Assembly: GCA_047615545.1 (NCBI GenBank)
Contig: JBLHID010000001.1
Span: 8,586-72,585, forward strand
Direction: 5' to 3'
DNA from: Polaribacter sp.
GTDB taxonomy: Bacteria; Pseudomonadota; Gammaproteobacteria; GCA-001735895
DNA length: 64,000 nt
The first letter of the stretch is position 1; each line of letters opens with the position of its first letter. The notes below the pieces were generated by a model, which did not search any database, was not told the origin of the DNA, and worked only from the letters and a program-made list of their open reading frames with translations. Below are positions 21,312-32,437 of the stretch, one piece after another. Position numbers and translations under genes: made by a program.

Positions 21312-22844
21312 TTGTCGGAAGTACACGATATTTTTGTCATTGGCGGCGGTATTAATGGATGCGGAATCGCGCGTGACGCAGCTGGGCGTGGATATTCTGT
21401 TCGTCTTGCTGAAATGAACGATCTGGCCAGCGGAACATCTTCTTGGTCGTCTAAGCTCATCCACGGTGGTTTTCGATATTTAGAACATTACAAATTTAAG
21501 CTAGTTCGAGAATCATTAGGTGAGCGTGAAGTTCTCTTGAAAATGGCGCCACATATTATTTGGCCAATTCGATTTGTTTTGCCTCACCATAGTTCAATGC
21601 GTCCCGCATGGCTGTTACGTCTAGGTCTATTTTTATACGACCATATGGGCAAGCGTAAATTATTACCTGGCACCAAACAAATAAACTTAAGAACTGATCC
21701 GGTTGGGAAACCACTCAAAACCATATTCTCAAAGGGGTTTGAGTATTCTGATTGTTGGGTAAATGATGCACGTCTGGTAGTGCTGAATGCTAAAGATGCC
21801 CAAGAGCATGGGGCTATCATTGAAACCCGTACTAAGGTTATATCTGCACGAAGGGAAGAAGGATATTGGTGCCTATCAACTCAGAATTTACGCTCTGGCG
21901 AAATATCGCAGCATAAGGCGCGTTTACTTGTAAATGCTTCGGGGCCTTGGGTTGATAAGGTATTGGGTGAAGCACTTAGTAGCAACCGCTCAAAGAATGT
22001 TCGCCTTGTTCAAGGGAGCCATATCGTAGTCCCCAAGATTCATGATCATGATCGAGCTTATATTTTTCAAAACGCTGATAATCGTATAATTTTTGCCTTA
22101 CCTTTCGAGCAAGACTACACCTTAATTGGCACCACGGACCAAGACTACCAGGGTGATCCAGCCGATGTAAAAATCACTGAGCCTGAAATTTCTTATATCT
22201 GCTCTTCAGCAAGTGAGTATTTCGAAAAGCCAATCAATGTGGATGATGTAGTTTGGTCTTATTCGGGCGTTCGCCCACTTTATGATGATGGCGCGACAGA
22301 GGCGCAAGAAGCCACTCGTGATTACGTTTTACGAGTGGATGGTGATGACTTGCCCGTGATAAATATTTTTGGTGGGAAAATCACTACCTATCGGAAATTA
22401 TCAGAATCAATGATGGAAAAAATAGAAGGTTTGATAGGTGCTCGGCTTGGTTCTTGGACTGCAACTTCGCGTCTTCCCGGTGGTGATTTCGAAGTGGCTG
22501 ATTTTGATTCGTTGGTTTCGAAGTTGGAGGGAGAATTTGATTTTTTGGGTTCGATGCTGGCTAAAAGACTGATTCGTTCATATGGAACTAGTGCCTGGAC
22601 ACTGATGAAAGGTGCTTTAAATATTGAAGATATGGGTCAAAATTTTGGTGGCACTCTGACGGCGCGAGAGGTTGATTACTTGATGAAGCATGAATGGGCG
22701 GAATGTGCAGCAGACGTCGTTTGGCGGAGATCCAAACTTGGTATTCGACTTGATAAAAAAGAAATTTTGGCGATTGACGATTGGATGCAGCAAAACACTG
22801 TGTCTTGTCAGTGTGCACAAAAGCTAAGGAGTCAGAATTGTTAG
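21312..22844 (+). CDS. glpD: FAD-dependent glycerol-3-phosphate dehydrogenase
   Basis: 510 aa with the FAD dinucleotide fold IFVIGGGINGCGIARDAAGRG. It uses a TTG start preceded by a GGGGGAG SD. Confidence 0.9.
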   Translation: MSEVHDIFVIGGGINGCGIARDAAGRGYSVRLAEMNDLASGTSSWSSKLIHGGFRYLEHYKFKLVRESLGEREVLLKMAPHIIWPIRFVLPHHSSMRPAWLLRLGLFLYDHMGKRKLLPGTKQINLRTDPVGKPLKTIFSKGFEYSDCWVNDARLVVLNAKDAQEHGAIIETRTKVISARREEGYWCLSTQNLRSGEISQHKARLLVNASGPWVDKVLGEALSSNRSKNVRLVQGSHIVVPKIHDHDRAYIFQNADNRIIFALPFEQDYTLIGTTDQDYQGDPADVKITEPEISYICSSASEYFEKPINVDDVVWSYSGVRPLYDDGATEAQEATRDYVLRVDGDDLPVINIFGGKITTYRKLSESMMEKIEGLIGARLGSWTATSRLPGGDFEVADFDSLVSKLEGEFDFLGSMLAKRLIRSYGTSAWTLMKGALNIEDMGQNFGGTLTAREVDYLMKHEWAECAADVVWRRSKLGIRLDKKEILAIDDWMQQNTVSCQCAQKLRSQNC

Positions 22845-23917
22845 AACTGCGAAATTTGACCAAAAAAGTCGGTAACTTGACCCACATCAATGATGTGTCG
22901 TTGAAGTTAGAGAAGGGCTCATTAAATGTCCTGCTTGGTTCGACTTTGTCTGGAAAAACATCCTTGATGAGGCTGATGGCGGGTCTTGATAGGCCAACCT
23001 CTGGTGAAATACTGATGGATGGTAAAAGTGTCCTTAAGACGCCTGTTCAAAAACGTAATATTGCAATGGTTTATCAGCAATTTATAAACTACCCCGCTTT
23101 TTCGGTCTATGAAAACATTGCGTCTCCAATGCGTGTGGCGGGTGTTGATAAAAAGACTATTGATGTAAAAGTTCGGGAAGCAGCTGATTTGATGAAACTT
23201 ACCCCGTATCTGGATAGAGGGGTTCTTAATTTGTCGGGTGGTCAGCAGCAGCGTACAGCACTTGCAAGAGCTTTAGTGAAAGGTGCTGAACTTGTTTTAT
23301 TAGATGAGCCGCTTGCTAATTTAGATTATAAATTGCGTGAAGAACTTCGAGTAGAATTGCCACGGATTTTTGCCGAAACAGGTGCAATATTTATTTATGC
23401 GACGACTGAGCCACAAGAAGCATTGTTGCTTGGCGGCAGGACTGCGACGTTGCATGAGGGCTGTGTAACCCAGTTTGGTCAGACTATCGATGTTTATAAT
23501 AACCCATCAAATTTAGAGACTGCACAGACCTTTTCAGACCCCCCAATGAATGTAATTGAAATGCAGAAAAAGGGGGCGAAGTTTGTATTCTCGCAAGGAC
23601 AGGTTGACTGCCCTAAAGATCTTCCGAGTTTGCCTGATGGTCCCTATAGAATAGGTATTCGGCCTCACCATTTTATGTTAAATAAATCTAAGGCAGCCTC
23701 ACTGAAAATTGAAGCGCCAGTCTCTACCACTGAAATTGCTGGATCTGAAACTTTTATTCACGTGTCGCAAGGTGATCTCAAGTTGGTTGTGTTAACGCAT
23801 GGTGTTCATAGGGTGGAAATTGGGAATCAAATTCCAATATATATCGATCCATCAAAATTCTTTATATTTGATGGGCAGGATGTGCTTGTGTCTGCGCCAG
23901 GAACGGGGACAACGTAA
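22838..23917 (+). CDS. ABC transporter ATP-binding protein (MalK/UgpC-like, first of two)
   Basis: Walker A GSTLSGKTSL, the signature LSGGQQQR and Walker B LVLLDEP are present, with a C-terminal TOBE-like domain. The likely start is the TTG at 22838, 7 nt after an AAGGAG SD; the ORF track extends to 22781. Confidence 0.8.
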   Translation: MLELRNLTKKVGNLTHINDVSLKLEKGSLNVLLGSTLSGKTSLMRLMAGLDRPTSGEILMDGKSVLKTPVQKRNIAMVYQQFINYPAFSVYENIASPMRVAGVDKKTIDVKVREAADLMKLTPYLDRGVLNLSGGQQQRTALARALVKGAELVLLDEPLANLDYKLREELRVELPRIFAETGAIFIYATTEPQEALLLGGRTATLHEGCVTQFGQTIDVYNNPSNLETAQTFSDPPMNVIEMQKKGAKFVFSQGQVDCPKDLPSLPDGPYRIGIRPHHFMLNKSKAASLKIEAPVSTTEIAGSETFIHVSQGDLKLVVLTHGVHRVEIGNQIPIYIDPSKFFIFDGQDVLVSAPGTGTT

Positions 23918-25005
23918 TGGCTCAAATTACACTCGATAAATTAGCACACTCATATTTACCAGACCCAAAGACGGATGCTGATTTCGCGTTGAAGGAAATT
24001 GATTATGTCTGGGATGATGGTGGAGCCTATGCTCTTTTAGGTCCTTCCGGTTGTGGCAAAACAACACTCTTAAATATCATATCTGGCTTGTTGGTACCGT
24101 CAAAAGGAAAGATCCTATTTGATGACCGTGATGTCACGACCTTTCAGCCTGAGCAGCGTAATATCGCACAAGTTTTTCAGTTTCCTGTTATCTATGACAC
24201 GATGACCGTGCGTCAGAATCTCGAATTCCCATTGAGAAACCGTAATGTTCCACAGGATGAAATATCTAAGCGAGTTGAGGCAATGATAGATGTTCTTGAT
24301 TTGGGTGGCAAAGCTAATCGAAAGGCTAGAGGGCTAACTGCCGATGAAAAGCAGAAGATCTCTCTAGGGCGTGGATTGGTTCGTTACGATGTTAATGCCA
24401 TCCTGTTTGATGAGCCATTGACTGTTATTGATCCACATATGAAATGGCAACTTCGTACTAAGTTAAAAGAACTTCATCGCCAGTTTAACCACACTATGAT
24501 TTATGTGACTCATGATCAAACAGAGGCACTGACCTTTGCCGACAAGGTTGTCGTCATGTATGACGGTGAAGTGGTTCAGATAGGTACGCCTGAAGAACTT
24601 TTTGATGAGCCTAAACATACTTTTGTAGGCTATTTTATTGGTTCGCCGGGGATGAATATCTTCCCAGTTGATGTCGTTGGAAATCAGGCAAAAATTGGTA
24701 GTCATTCTGTCGATCTCAAAGGCGTTTATGCTGATTTGACGGGGAAGGTTGAACTTGGCATTCGACCAGAATTTATTTCATTAAAGAAAGCTGGTTCAGG
24801 CATTCCCGCGCAGGTTACGGGTGTTGATGATATTGGTCGTTTCAAAATTGTTCATGCAACTGTAGATAATATTGAAGTGAATATTGTCTTGAACGAGGGG
24901 GAAAGCATTCCCTCTGATCCAAAGATAACCTTCGAAACTTCACGTACCCATATTTATCAAAACGATCATTTGGTGCGTCCCTTAGTTAACGGAAGAGGAC
25001 TATAG
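23917..25005 (+). CDS. ABC transporter ATP-binding protein (MalK/UgpC-like, second of two)
   Basis: 362 aa with Walker A GPSGCGKTTL, an LS-G-Q-type signature region and Walker B ILFDEP. Confidence 0.85.
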   Translation: MAQITLDKLAHSYLPDPKTDADFALKEIDYVWDDGGAYALLGPSGCGKTTLLNIISGLLVPSKGKILFDDRDVTTFQPEQRNIAQVFQFPVIYDTMTVRQNLEFPLRNRNVPQDEISKRVEAMIDVLDLGGKANRKARGLTADEKQKISLGRGLVRYDVNAILFDEPLTVIDPHMKWQLRTKLKELHRQFNHTMIYVTHDQTEALTFADKVVVMYDGEVVQIGTPEELFDEPKHTFVGYFIGSPGMNIFPVDVVGNQAKIGSHSVDLKGVYADLTGKVELGIRPEFISLKKAGSGIPAQVTGVDDIGRFKIVHATVDNIEVNIVLNEGESIPSDPKITFETSRTHIYQNDHLVRPLVNGRGL

Positions 25006-25008
25006 ATC

Positions 25009-25896
25009 ATGGAGAAAACCTACAACAATAAAGCCTGGTTGCTGGTCATTCCTGTTTTTATATTGGTCGCATTGTCAGCCATTATTCCGATTATGACTGT
25101 TGTTAATTACTCAGTTCAAGATACCTTTGGTGGTAATAAGTTTTTCTGGGTTGGTACGGAATGGTTTACGGATGTATTGAGATCTGAGCGATTCCATGAT
25201 GCATTGGGGCGCAATCTTCTGTTCTCGTTCATCATCCTTTGTATTGAAATTCCTTTAGGTATCTGGATTGCTCTTTCAATGCCCAAGAAGGGGGTTTGGG
25301 TGCCTGTCTGTCTGATTATGATGGCGCTACCCCTGCTAATTCCATGGAATGTTGTTGGCACTATATGGCAGATTTTTGGCCGAGGTGATATTGGTCTTCT
25401 CGGGCATACCATGACTTTACTTGGTATCGATTATAACTATACCAATAATATTTTTGATGCCTGGGTCACCATCATCATCATGGATGTGTGGCATTGGACC
25501 AGCCTTGTCGTGTTACTTTGTTATGCGGGTTTAGTGTCTATTCCGGAAGCTTATTATCAAGCAGCAAGAATTGACGGCGCATCAAAGTGGGCTGTGTTTC
25601 GATTTATCCAATTACCAAAAATGAAAGGAGTTCTAATCATTGCGTTTCTTCTGCGTTTTATGGACTCATTCATGATTTATACCGAACCTTTTGTTCTCAC
25701 CGGAGGCGGCCCAGGAAACTCAACAACGTTTTTATCTATCGATCTCGTAAAGCAAGCCATTGGCCAATTTGATTTAGGGCCAGCGGCAGCAATGTCTCTG
25801 ATTTATCAGTTAATTGTACTGCTAGTTTGCTACATCTTTTTTACAGTGATGAGTAACGTCGGAACCGATAAGCCAGTCAAGGAGATTGCAGAATGA
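25009..25896 (+). CDS. carbohydrate ABC transporter permease (MalF/UgpA-like)
   Basis: 295-aa polytopic protein with the EAA-like loop YQAARIDGASKWAVFRFIQLP. Confidence 0.85.
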   Translation: MEKTYNNKAWLLVIPVFILVALSAIIPIMTVVNYSVQDTFGGNKFFWVGTEWFTDVLRSERFHDALGRNLLFSFIILCIEIPLGIWIALSMPKKGVWVPVCLIMMALPLLIPWNVVGTIWQIFGRGDIGLLGHTMTLLGIDYNYTNNIFDAWVTIIIMDVWHWTSLVVLLCYAGLVSIPEAYYQAARIDGASKWAVFRFIQLPKMKGVLIIAFLLRFMDSFMIYTEPFVLTGGGPGNSTTFLSIDLVKQAIGQFDLGPAAAMSLIYQLIVLLVCYIFFTVMSNVGTDKPVKEIAE

Positions 25897-26768
25897 TTTC
25901 TGACGATAAGGGCTCAACGACGCATCTAGTCGATAGTGCGATGCGAGAAGAAAAGACGATATCCAAGACGCTAAATCTAAAATGGATTACGCCGTCAGTT
26001 TACATTTTCTTTTTGATGCTGCCGATTTATTGGCTTATCAATATGAGTTTTAAAAGCAACCAGGAAATCCTTTCGTCATTTACACTATTTCCTGAAAGCC
26101 CAACATTGGCCAACTATGTTGTGATATTCAGTGATCCGTCTTGGTACAACGGGTATATAAATTCAATGATTTATGTGGCCTTAAATATGGTCATTTCTAT
26201 TTCAGTCGCGCTGCCAGCTGCCTATGCATTTTCAAGGTATCGGTTTCTAGGCGACAAACATATGTTCTTTTGGTTGTTATCTAATCGGATGGCGCCTGCG
26301 GCCGTTTTTGTACTGCCATTCTTTCAGCTTTATTCTTCTTTTGGACTCATTGATACGCATATTGCAGTTGCCCTAGCGCATTGTCTTTTCAATGTTCCAT
26401 TGGCAGTTTGGATTTTGGAGGGATTTATGTCAGGCATTCCCAAAGAGATCGATGAAACTGCCTATATAGATGGTTATTCGTTCCCCAGATTCTTTGTAAA
26501 AGTGTTCATCCCATTGATTGCCTCTGGTATCGGTGTGGCGGCATTTTTCTGTTTCATGTTTTCCTGGGTTGAATTACTGATCGCAAGAACATTGACTACG
26601 GTCGATGCAAAACCGATCGCCGCAATAATGACTAGAACAGTCGGTGCGGCTGGTGTTGATTGGGGTGTGCTTGCCGCGGCGGGTGTTCTCACCATAATTC
26701 CTGGGGCATTGGTTATCTATTTCGTCCGTAATTATATCGCTAAGGGTTTTGCCCTTGGCCGCGTTTAA
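25893..26768 (+). CDS. carbohydrate ABC transporter permease (MalG/UgpE-like)
   Basis: 291-aa polytopic protein with the EAA-like loop DETAYIDGYSFPRFFVKVFIP. Confidence 0.85.
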   Translation: MISDDKGSTTHLVDSAMREEKTISKTLNLKWITPSVYIFFLMLPIYWLINMSFKSNQEILSSFTLFPESPTLANYVVIFSDPSWYNGYINSMIYVALNMVISISVALPAAYAFSRYRFLGDKHMFFWLLSNRMAPAAVFVLPFFQLYSSFGLIDTHIAVALAHCLFNVPLAVWILEGFMSGIPKEIDETAYIDGYSFPRFFVKVFIPLIASGIGVAAFFCFMFSWVELLIARTLTTVDAKPIAAIMTRTVGAAGVDWGVLAAAGVLTIIPGALVIYFVRNYIAKGFALGRV

Positions 26769-26790
26769 ATAACTCATAGGAGCGTCAATA

Positions 26791-27075
26791 ATGGAACTCT
26801 CTTGGATGGCATGGACTGGTCCAACCGCGATTTTCTGGATAGGCATTATTAGTTGCATACTTTCGATGTGTGTATGGGAATATTTTTCACCTGGTGGTAA
26901 CCCACGTGTCGGTATTCTAAGGTTTGAAACTACCAGAGGTGACCGTCTTTTTATATCACTTATCGGTAGTGCTTTTATTCACCTCGCCTGGTTAGGGTTC
27001 ATTGGTGCTGCTGGATTATGGTGGGCTCTAGGCATTTCATTAATTTACGCCATCGGTGTTTTTAAAACAGTGTAA
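26791..27075 (+). CDS. small two-TM membrane protein (DUF2160-like)
   Basis: 94 aa with two hydrophobic helices. It sits between the permeases and the binding protein of the glycerol ABC locus. Confidence 0.5.
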   Translation: MELSWMAWTGPTAIFWIGIISCILSMCVWEYFSPGGNPRVGILRFETTRGDRLFISLIGSAFIHLAWLGFIGAAGLWWALGISLIYAIGVFKTV

Positions 27076-27144
27076 TGGCAAACTTGAGCGCGCTCTTTAC
27101 AAGCTCGCTCTTCATCTCCGCATTAACCCTTAAGGAGGATTAAA

Positions 27145-28866
27145 ATGCGAAAATATGGTCTAAAATCAACGGCAATAGTCGGTCTGATGATAGGAATGAG
27201 TTCTGCACAAGCCGATATGGCTGCTGCAAACAAATTTCTAGCGGATGAAATCGCGGGCGTTTCAGTTTTAAGCGCTCAACAACAAAAAGCAGAAATGAAG
27301 TGGTTTATTGATGCTGCAAAACCCTATACAAACCTGAGAATCAAAGTTGTTTCCGAAACGATTGGTACTCATGAGTATGAGTCCAAAGTGCTTGCGCCAG
27401 CTTTTACAGCCATCACTGGCATAGAAGTTATCCATGATTTGATTGGTGAGGGAGACGTCGTTGAAAAGCTTCAAACCCAGATGCAATCTGGCGAGAATAT
27501 TTACGATGCGTATGTAAATGACTCTGATTTGATTGGAACGCATTGGCGTTACAAGCAAGTCCGTAACCTGACTGACTGGATGGCCGGAGAAGGTAAAGAC
27601 GTTACAAATCCTGACCTAGATCTAGCCGATTTTATTGGAACCTCTTTTACGACTGCCCCAGATGGCAAGCTCTATCAGCTTCCTGATCAGCAGTTCGCAA
27701 ATCTATATTGGTTCCGATACGATTGGTTCAACGACGAAAAGAACAAGGCCGATTTCAAAACAGCCTATGGTTATGATCTCGGCGTACCAGTGAATTGGTC
27801 AGCTTATGAAGATATCGCTGAATTTTTCACTGGACGCGACCTTTCTCGTTTAGGTGTGGATGGTAGTGTCTATGGCAACATGGACTATGGTAAAAAAGAT
27901 CCTTCACTTGGCTGGCGCTACACTGATGCCTGGATGTCTATGGCAGGCATGGGCGATACTGGCGAGCCAAACGGTCTTCCAGTGGATGAGTGGGGCATTC
28001 GTGTCAATGATAAGTCACAACCAACCGGTTCTTGTGTTGCGCGTGGTGGAGCCACCAACTCTCCAGCTGCTGTCTATGCTGTCGAAAAAGCAATTGAGTG
28101 GTTGAAGAAGTATTCTCCACCTGAAGCGGCTGGCATGACATTTGGTGAAGCAGGTCCAATTCCTGCTCAAGGTAATGTTGCGCAGCAAATGTTCTGGTAC
28201 ACCGCGTTTACTGCAGCGACAGTGAAACCTGATCTGCCAGTGATGAACAAAGACGGCACACCAAAATGGCGTATGGCACCATCACCACATGGCGCTTATT
28301 GGAAAGAAGGCACAAAAATTGGTTATCAGGATGCAGGTTCATGGACTCTTATGGAATCTACCCCAGTTGATCGTGCTCAAGCGGCTTGGTTATATGCTCA
28401 GTTCGTGACTTCAAAAACAATCGATCTGAAAAAATCTGATGTTGGTCTCACATTTATTCGTGAATCAACCATCAATTCAGAGCATTTCACAAAACGTGCA
28501 AATAAGCTGGGTGGTTTGATCGAGTTCTATCGTTCACCAGCGCGTGTGCAGTGGTCACCAACGGGTACAAATGTGCCTGATTATCCAAAACTTGCTCAAC
28601 TATGGTGGCAGAACATTGGCGACGCAATGTCTGGTGCTAAAACAGCGCAAGGTGCATTGGATAGTCTATGTGCAGCACAAGAAAAAGTGCTTTCTCGCAT
28701 CCAACGTGCAGGTGTTCAGGGTGATCTTGGTCCTCAATTGAACGAAAAGAAAGACGATAGTTATTGGTTAGCACAAGCCGGCGCTCCAAAGGCAAAACTA
28801 GCCAATGAGAAGCCACAAGGAGTCACTGTCTCATATGATGAGCTTGTGAAAAGTTGGACTCAGTAG
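27145..28866 (+). CDS. ABC transporter periplasmic solute-binding protein (glycerol-binding candidate)
   Basis: 573 aa with a signal peptide (MRKYGLKSTAIVGLMIGMSSAQA) and a family-1 extracellular solute-binding fold. It is the last transporter component before glpK. Confidence 0.8.
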   Translation: MRKYGLKSTAIVGLMIGMSSAQADMAAANKFLADEIAGVSVLSAQQQKAEMKWFIDAAKPYTNLRIKVVSETIGTHEYESKVLAPAFTAITGIEVIHDLIGEGDVVEKLQTQMQSGENIYDAYVNDSDLIGTHWRYKQVRNLTDWMAGEGKDVTNPDLDLADFIGTSFTTAPDGKLYQLPDQQFANLYWFRYDWFNDEKNKADFKTAYGYDLGVPVNWSAYEDIAEFFTGRDLSRLGVDGSVYGNMDYGKKDPSLGWRYTDAWMSMAGMGDTGEPNGLPVDEWGIRVNDKSQPTGSCVARGGATNSPAAVYAVEKAIEWLKKYSPPEAAGMTFGEAGPIPAQGNVAQQMFWYTAFTAATVKPDLPVMNKDGTPKWRMAPSPHGAYWKEGTKIGYQDAGSWTLMESTPVDRAQAAWLYAQFVTSKTIDLKKSDVGLTFIRESTINSEHFTKRANKLGGLIEFYRSPARVQWSPTGTNVPDYPKLAQLWWQNIGDAMSGAKTAQGALDSLCAAQEKVLSRIQRAGVQGDLGPQLNEKKDDSYWLAQAGAPKAKLANEKPQGVTVSYDELVKSWTQ

Positions 28867-28930
28867 TTTGTATCTAAAATATAAAAGCTAGATACCTCCT
28901 CAGCAATCGCTACGGCGTACATGCTATTTA

Positions 28931-28958
28931 GACCTGGGGAAACCCAGGTCTTTTTTTT
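28931..28958 (+). terminator. Rho-independent terminator (GACCTGGGGAAACCCAGGTC + T8)
   Basis: A perfect 8-bp GC-rich stem with a GAAA loop is followed by TTTTTTTT, 65 nt after the binding-protein stop. Confidence 0.8.
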
Positions 28959-28987
28959 GTAACTCATGTGAAAATATGGAGACAGCA

Positions 28988-30502
28988 ATGGCGGACTCTT
29001 TCATCCTTGCAATTGATCAAGGTACTACTTCCTCACGAGCAATCATTTTTGATGAACAGTTTCATATTGTCTCGTCAGCACAACAAGAGTTCACACAACA
29101 TTTCCCTGCGTCGGGAATGGTCGAGCACAATGCTGAAGAGATTTGGCGCAGCGTAATAGCCACTTGTCGAAACGCAATTGCTGATGCAGGTATCCAAACA
29201 TCACAAATTGCAGGTATTGGAATTACGAATCAGCGTGAAACGACAGTCGTATGGGAAAAGGCTACTGGCAAGCCTATTCATCATGCAATTGTATGGCAAG
29301 ACAGGCGGACATCTGATTTCTGCAACGAATTGAAAAATGACGGTCTTGAGGAGATTATTCGTAATAAAACGGGTTTACTTCTCGACCCTTACTTCTCAGC
29401 AACAAAAATACGTTGGATACTAAATCACGTTGAAGGCGCGAGAAAAAAAGCAAATGACGGCGAGCTCCTTTTTGGAACTATCGATACCTATTTATTATGG
29501 CGTCTTACCGATGGTGCCTCACATAAAACAGACGCTACCAATGCGTCTCGAACGCTTCTTTTTGATATAGAAAAGAATGATTGGGACAATGAGCTACTAG
29601 ACATATTTGATGTTCCTCGTCAGATGCTGCCTACCGTGGAAGATTGTGCAGCCGATTTTGGGAGCACAGTAAATGATCTGTTTGGTGCCTCAATTCCAAT
29701 ATTGGGCATCGCCGGCGATCAACATGCGGCAATGCTTGGACAGGCTTGTTTTTATCCTGGAATGATCAAGTCAACCTACGGCACAGGTTGCTTCGTTATG
29801 TTGAACACGGGAGAGGAAAGAGCGTTCTCAAAGAATCGGCTACTGTCCACAGTTGCCTATCGAATAAACGGTAAAACGACCTATGCCTTGGAAGGTTCAA
29901 TCTTCATTGCCGGTGCTGCGGTTCAGTGGCTACGAGACGGACTAAAGATAATTGATGATGCCAGTAAAACTGGAAGTCTCGCCGCTGAAGCTGATAACAG
30001 CCAAGATGTCATTATGGTGCCAGCTTTTACAGGGCTAGGCGCTCCCTATTGGGAGCCTGATGTCAGAGGTGCAATCTTCGGTTTGACACGTAACTCCGGT
30101 CATCGTGAGCTATCCAGGGCCGCCTTAGAGGCCGTTTGTTATCAAACCCGAGACCTGGTCGACGCTATGAAAGATGATTGGCAAGGACAGTTAAACGACA
30201 CCATTCTGAGAGTTGATGGCGGCATGGTCGCCAGTGACTGGACCATGCAATATTTAGCAGACATGCTAGCTGCTCCAATTGACAGACCTTCCATTCTTGA
30301 AACTACAGCGCTAGGAGCGGCATGGCTAGCTGGGATGAAGAGTGGGATTTGGCCTGATATAGAAGGTTTTACGAACTCATGGGAGCTACAAAATCGCTTT
30401 CAACCTCGAATGGAAGAAACCGAGCGTGCACGTCGCTATGCTGGTTGGCGTGCAGCCGTCGCAAGTACAATATCTCAGGCTAAAGCCAGCTCAACGACAT
30501 AG
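28988..30502 (+). CDS. glpK: glycerol kinase
   Basis: FGGY kinase with [15 protein letters not shown] and a GTGCF-type motif. The ATG at 28988 has a GGAG SD; the ORF track starts 12 nt earlier at 28976. Confidence 0.92.
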   Translation: MADSFILAIDQGTTSSRAIIFDEQFHIVSSAQQEFTQHFPASGMVEHNAEEIWRSVIATCRNAIADAGIQTSQIAGIGITNQRETTVVWEKATGKPIHHAIVWQDRRTSDFCNELKNDGLEEIIRNKTGLLLDPYFSATKIRWILNHVEGARKKANDGELLFGTIDTYLLWRLTDGASHKTDATNASRTLLFDIEKNDWDNELLDIFDVPRQMLPTVEDCAADFGSTVNDLFGASIPILGIAGDQHAAMLGQACFYPGMIKSTYGTGCFVMLNTGEERAFSKNRLLSTVAYRINGKTTYALEGSIFIAGAAVQWLRDGLKIIDDASKTGSLAAEADNSQDVIMVPAFTGLGAPYWEPDVRGAIFGLTRNSGHRELSRAALEAVCYQTRDLVDAMKDDWQGQLNDTILRVDGGMVASDWTMQYLADMLAAPIDRPSILETTALGAAWLAGMKSGIWPDIEGFTNSWELQNRFQPRMEETERARRYAGWRAAVASTISQAKASSTT

Positions 30503-30611
30503 ATAACCGGGCCAAAATCAAGTTCCAAAGTGTTTTTAGGGTAAGAGCCGGATACGAGTGAGTTAGAGTCAACTTAACAATACTTGTAGAGTTTTGATTA
30601 TAGGAAAACTA

Positions 30612-31373
30612 ATGAAAAATGACTTTTTTGATTCAAATCTATTATCGGATAAAACCATTGTAATAACGGGTGCTGGTCGCGGTATTGGCCTCGAAGTAGC
30701 GAATTTAATGGCCCAGTGCGGTGCAAGAATAATAGCCCATAGTGGTCGAACCGGTACCGCAAAAAATCTCTCTGGAATCTCAAGTTCGGTGTTTGAAGCT
30801 GATTTTGCAGATACCAAATCAGTGAAAGAGTTTATCGATTTTGTACAAGCAGAGTCATCAGTAATCGATGTTTTGATTAACAATGCCGGTACCATGCTGG
30901 GTAGGTTTCCCGCAGATGAAATCACCACGGATCAATATCATCAACTCGTTAACCTGAATCAAACTTCTGTAGTACAAATTACAAGCGCATTAATTCCATG
31001 GCTTCGTAAATCCCAGAATGCTGCAATCATAAATACAGTATCAATTTCTGCAACAACCGGTGGAAGTAGTGGCTCTTCAATTTACAGTGCTACCAAAGCC
31101 TTTGTCAGCACTTACACGAAGGCACTAGCACGAGAGCTTGCACCCGATAGTATCAGAGTAAATGCAGTCTCTCCTGGAACGATAAAGACCGATTTTCATA
31201 AGCGCTATTCGAGTAAAGAAAAGTTAGAGACAACGAGACGATCTATCCCTCTGCAGCGCCTTGGTACACCACAGGATTGTTCGCCAGCATACGTGTTCTT
31301 ATCTTCTGAAAAACTATCTGGGTATATCACTGGCCAGATTATAGAGATCAATGGAGGCCAATTGATTATTTAA
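30612..31373 (+). CDS. SDR-family oxidoreductase
   Basis: Has TGAGRGIG cofactor-binding and YSATKAF catalytic motifs. The likely start is the ATG at 30612 (MKNDFFDSNLL), 18 nt inside the ORF-track start. Confidence 0.8.
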   Translation: MKNDFFDSNLLSDKTIVITGAGRGIGLEVANLMAQCGARIIAHSGRTGTAKNLSGISSSVFEADFADTKSVKEFIDFVQAESSVIDVLINNAGTMLGRFPADEITTDQYHQLVNLNQTSVVQITSALIPWLRKSQNAAIINTVSISATTGGSSGSSIYSATKAFVSTYTKALARELAPDSIRVNAVSPGTIKTDFHKRYSSKEKLETTRRSIPLQRLGTPQDCSPAYVFLSSEKLSGYITGQIIEINGGQLII

Positions 31374-31438
31374 CAGCGACTTCTATTTAATCAGCATTAT
31401 TTTTTTTGATATATCAGAAATTTACTTTAGAGAACTGC

Positions 31439-32437
31439 ATGAAAATTAAAGTCGGTATTAATGGTTTTGGACGTATTGGACGCATGGCTTTCCGTGCAAT
31501 TAGAAAAGACTTCCCCAATTTAGAAGTAGTAGGTATTAACGACCTGCTTGATAACGATTATCTTGCTTACATGCTGAATTACGATACAGCACATGGTCGT
31601 TTTGACGGTGATATAGAAGTTGACGGTAATAGCTTTGTGATTGATGGTAAGCGGATAAGTCTATCTGCTGAGCGTAATCCTGAGGAATTAAAGTGGGGTG
31701 AAATTGGTGTTGACGTGGTGCTTGATTGTACTGGTTTTTTCCTAACCGAGATAAGTTGTCAGGCGCATATTAATGCAGGTGCGAAAAAAGTAGTTCAATC
31801 AGCACCGCCTAGGGACAGTACGCCGATGTTTGTTTATGGCGTAAACCACAAAGAATATACGGGCCAAAATATTGTATCTGCAGCTTCGTGTACCACTAAC
31901 TGTCTTGCACCAATCGCTAAGATTGTTCACGACAACTGGGGGCTTAAGCGCGGATTGATGACAACGGTTCACGCGGTGACTGCATCACAAAAAACGGTTG
32001 ATGGCCCATCAGAAAAAGACTGGCGTGGTGGTCGTGCGGTATTTGAAAACATCATTCCTTCTTCGACAGGTGCCGCAAAAGCGGTAGGAATAGTTTTGCC
32101 TGAGCTTGATGGCAAACTGACCGGCATGGCTTTTCGTATTCCTTCGATCGACGTTTCTGTTGTTGACCTAACGTGTGAGCTAAACAAGCCAGCCTCTTAC
32201 GAAGAAATATGTAGCGCTGTTAAAGAAGCTTCTGAAGGTTCAATGAAAGGAACATTGCAATACACTGAAGACAAAGTCGTTTCTTCAGATTTCCGTGGTA
32301 TCAGCGCATCGTCAATCTTTGATGCAGGCGCTGGTATTGCACTAGATGACACTTTTGTGAAGTTGGTTGCTTGGTATGACAATGAATATGGTTATACCTG
32401 CAATATGTTGCGTTTAGCTGAACATGTTGCAGCTTAA
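31439..32437 (+). CDS. gapA: glyceraldehyde-3-phosphate dehydrogenase
   Basis: [16 protein letters not shown]-terminus and the active site [10 protein letters not shown]. The ORF-track start at 31406 is an upstream extension. Confidence 0.92.
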   Translation: MKIKVGINGFGRIGRMAFRAIRKDFPNLEVVGINDLLDNDYLAYMLNYDTAHGRFDGDIEVDGNSFVIDGKRISLSAERNPEELKWGEIGVDVVLDCTGFFLTEISCQAHINAGAKKVVQSAPPRDSTPMFVYGVNHKEYTGQNIVSAASCTTNCLAPIAKIVHDNWGLKRGLMTTVHAVTASQKTVDGPSEKDWRGGRAVFENIIPSSTGAAKAVGIVLPELDGKLTGMAFRIPSIDVSVVDLTCELNKPASYEEICSAVKEASEGSMKGTLQYTEDKVVSSDFRGISASSIFDAGAGIALDDTFVKLVAWYDNEYGYTCNMLRLAEHVAA

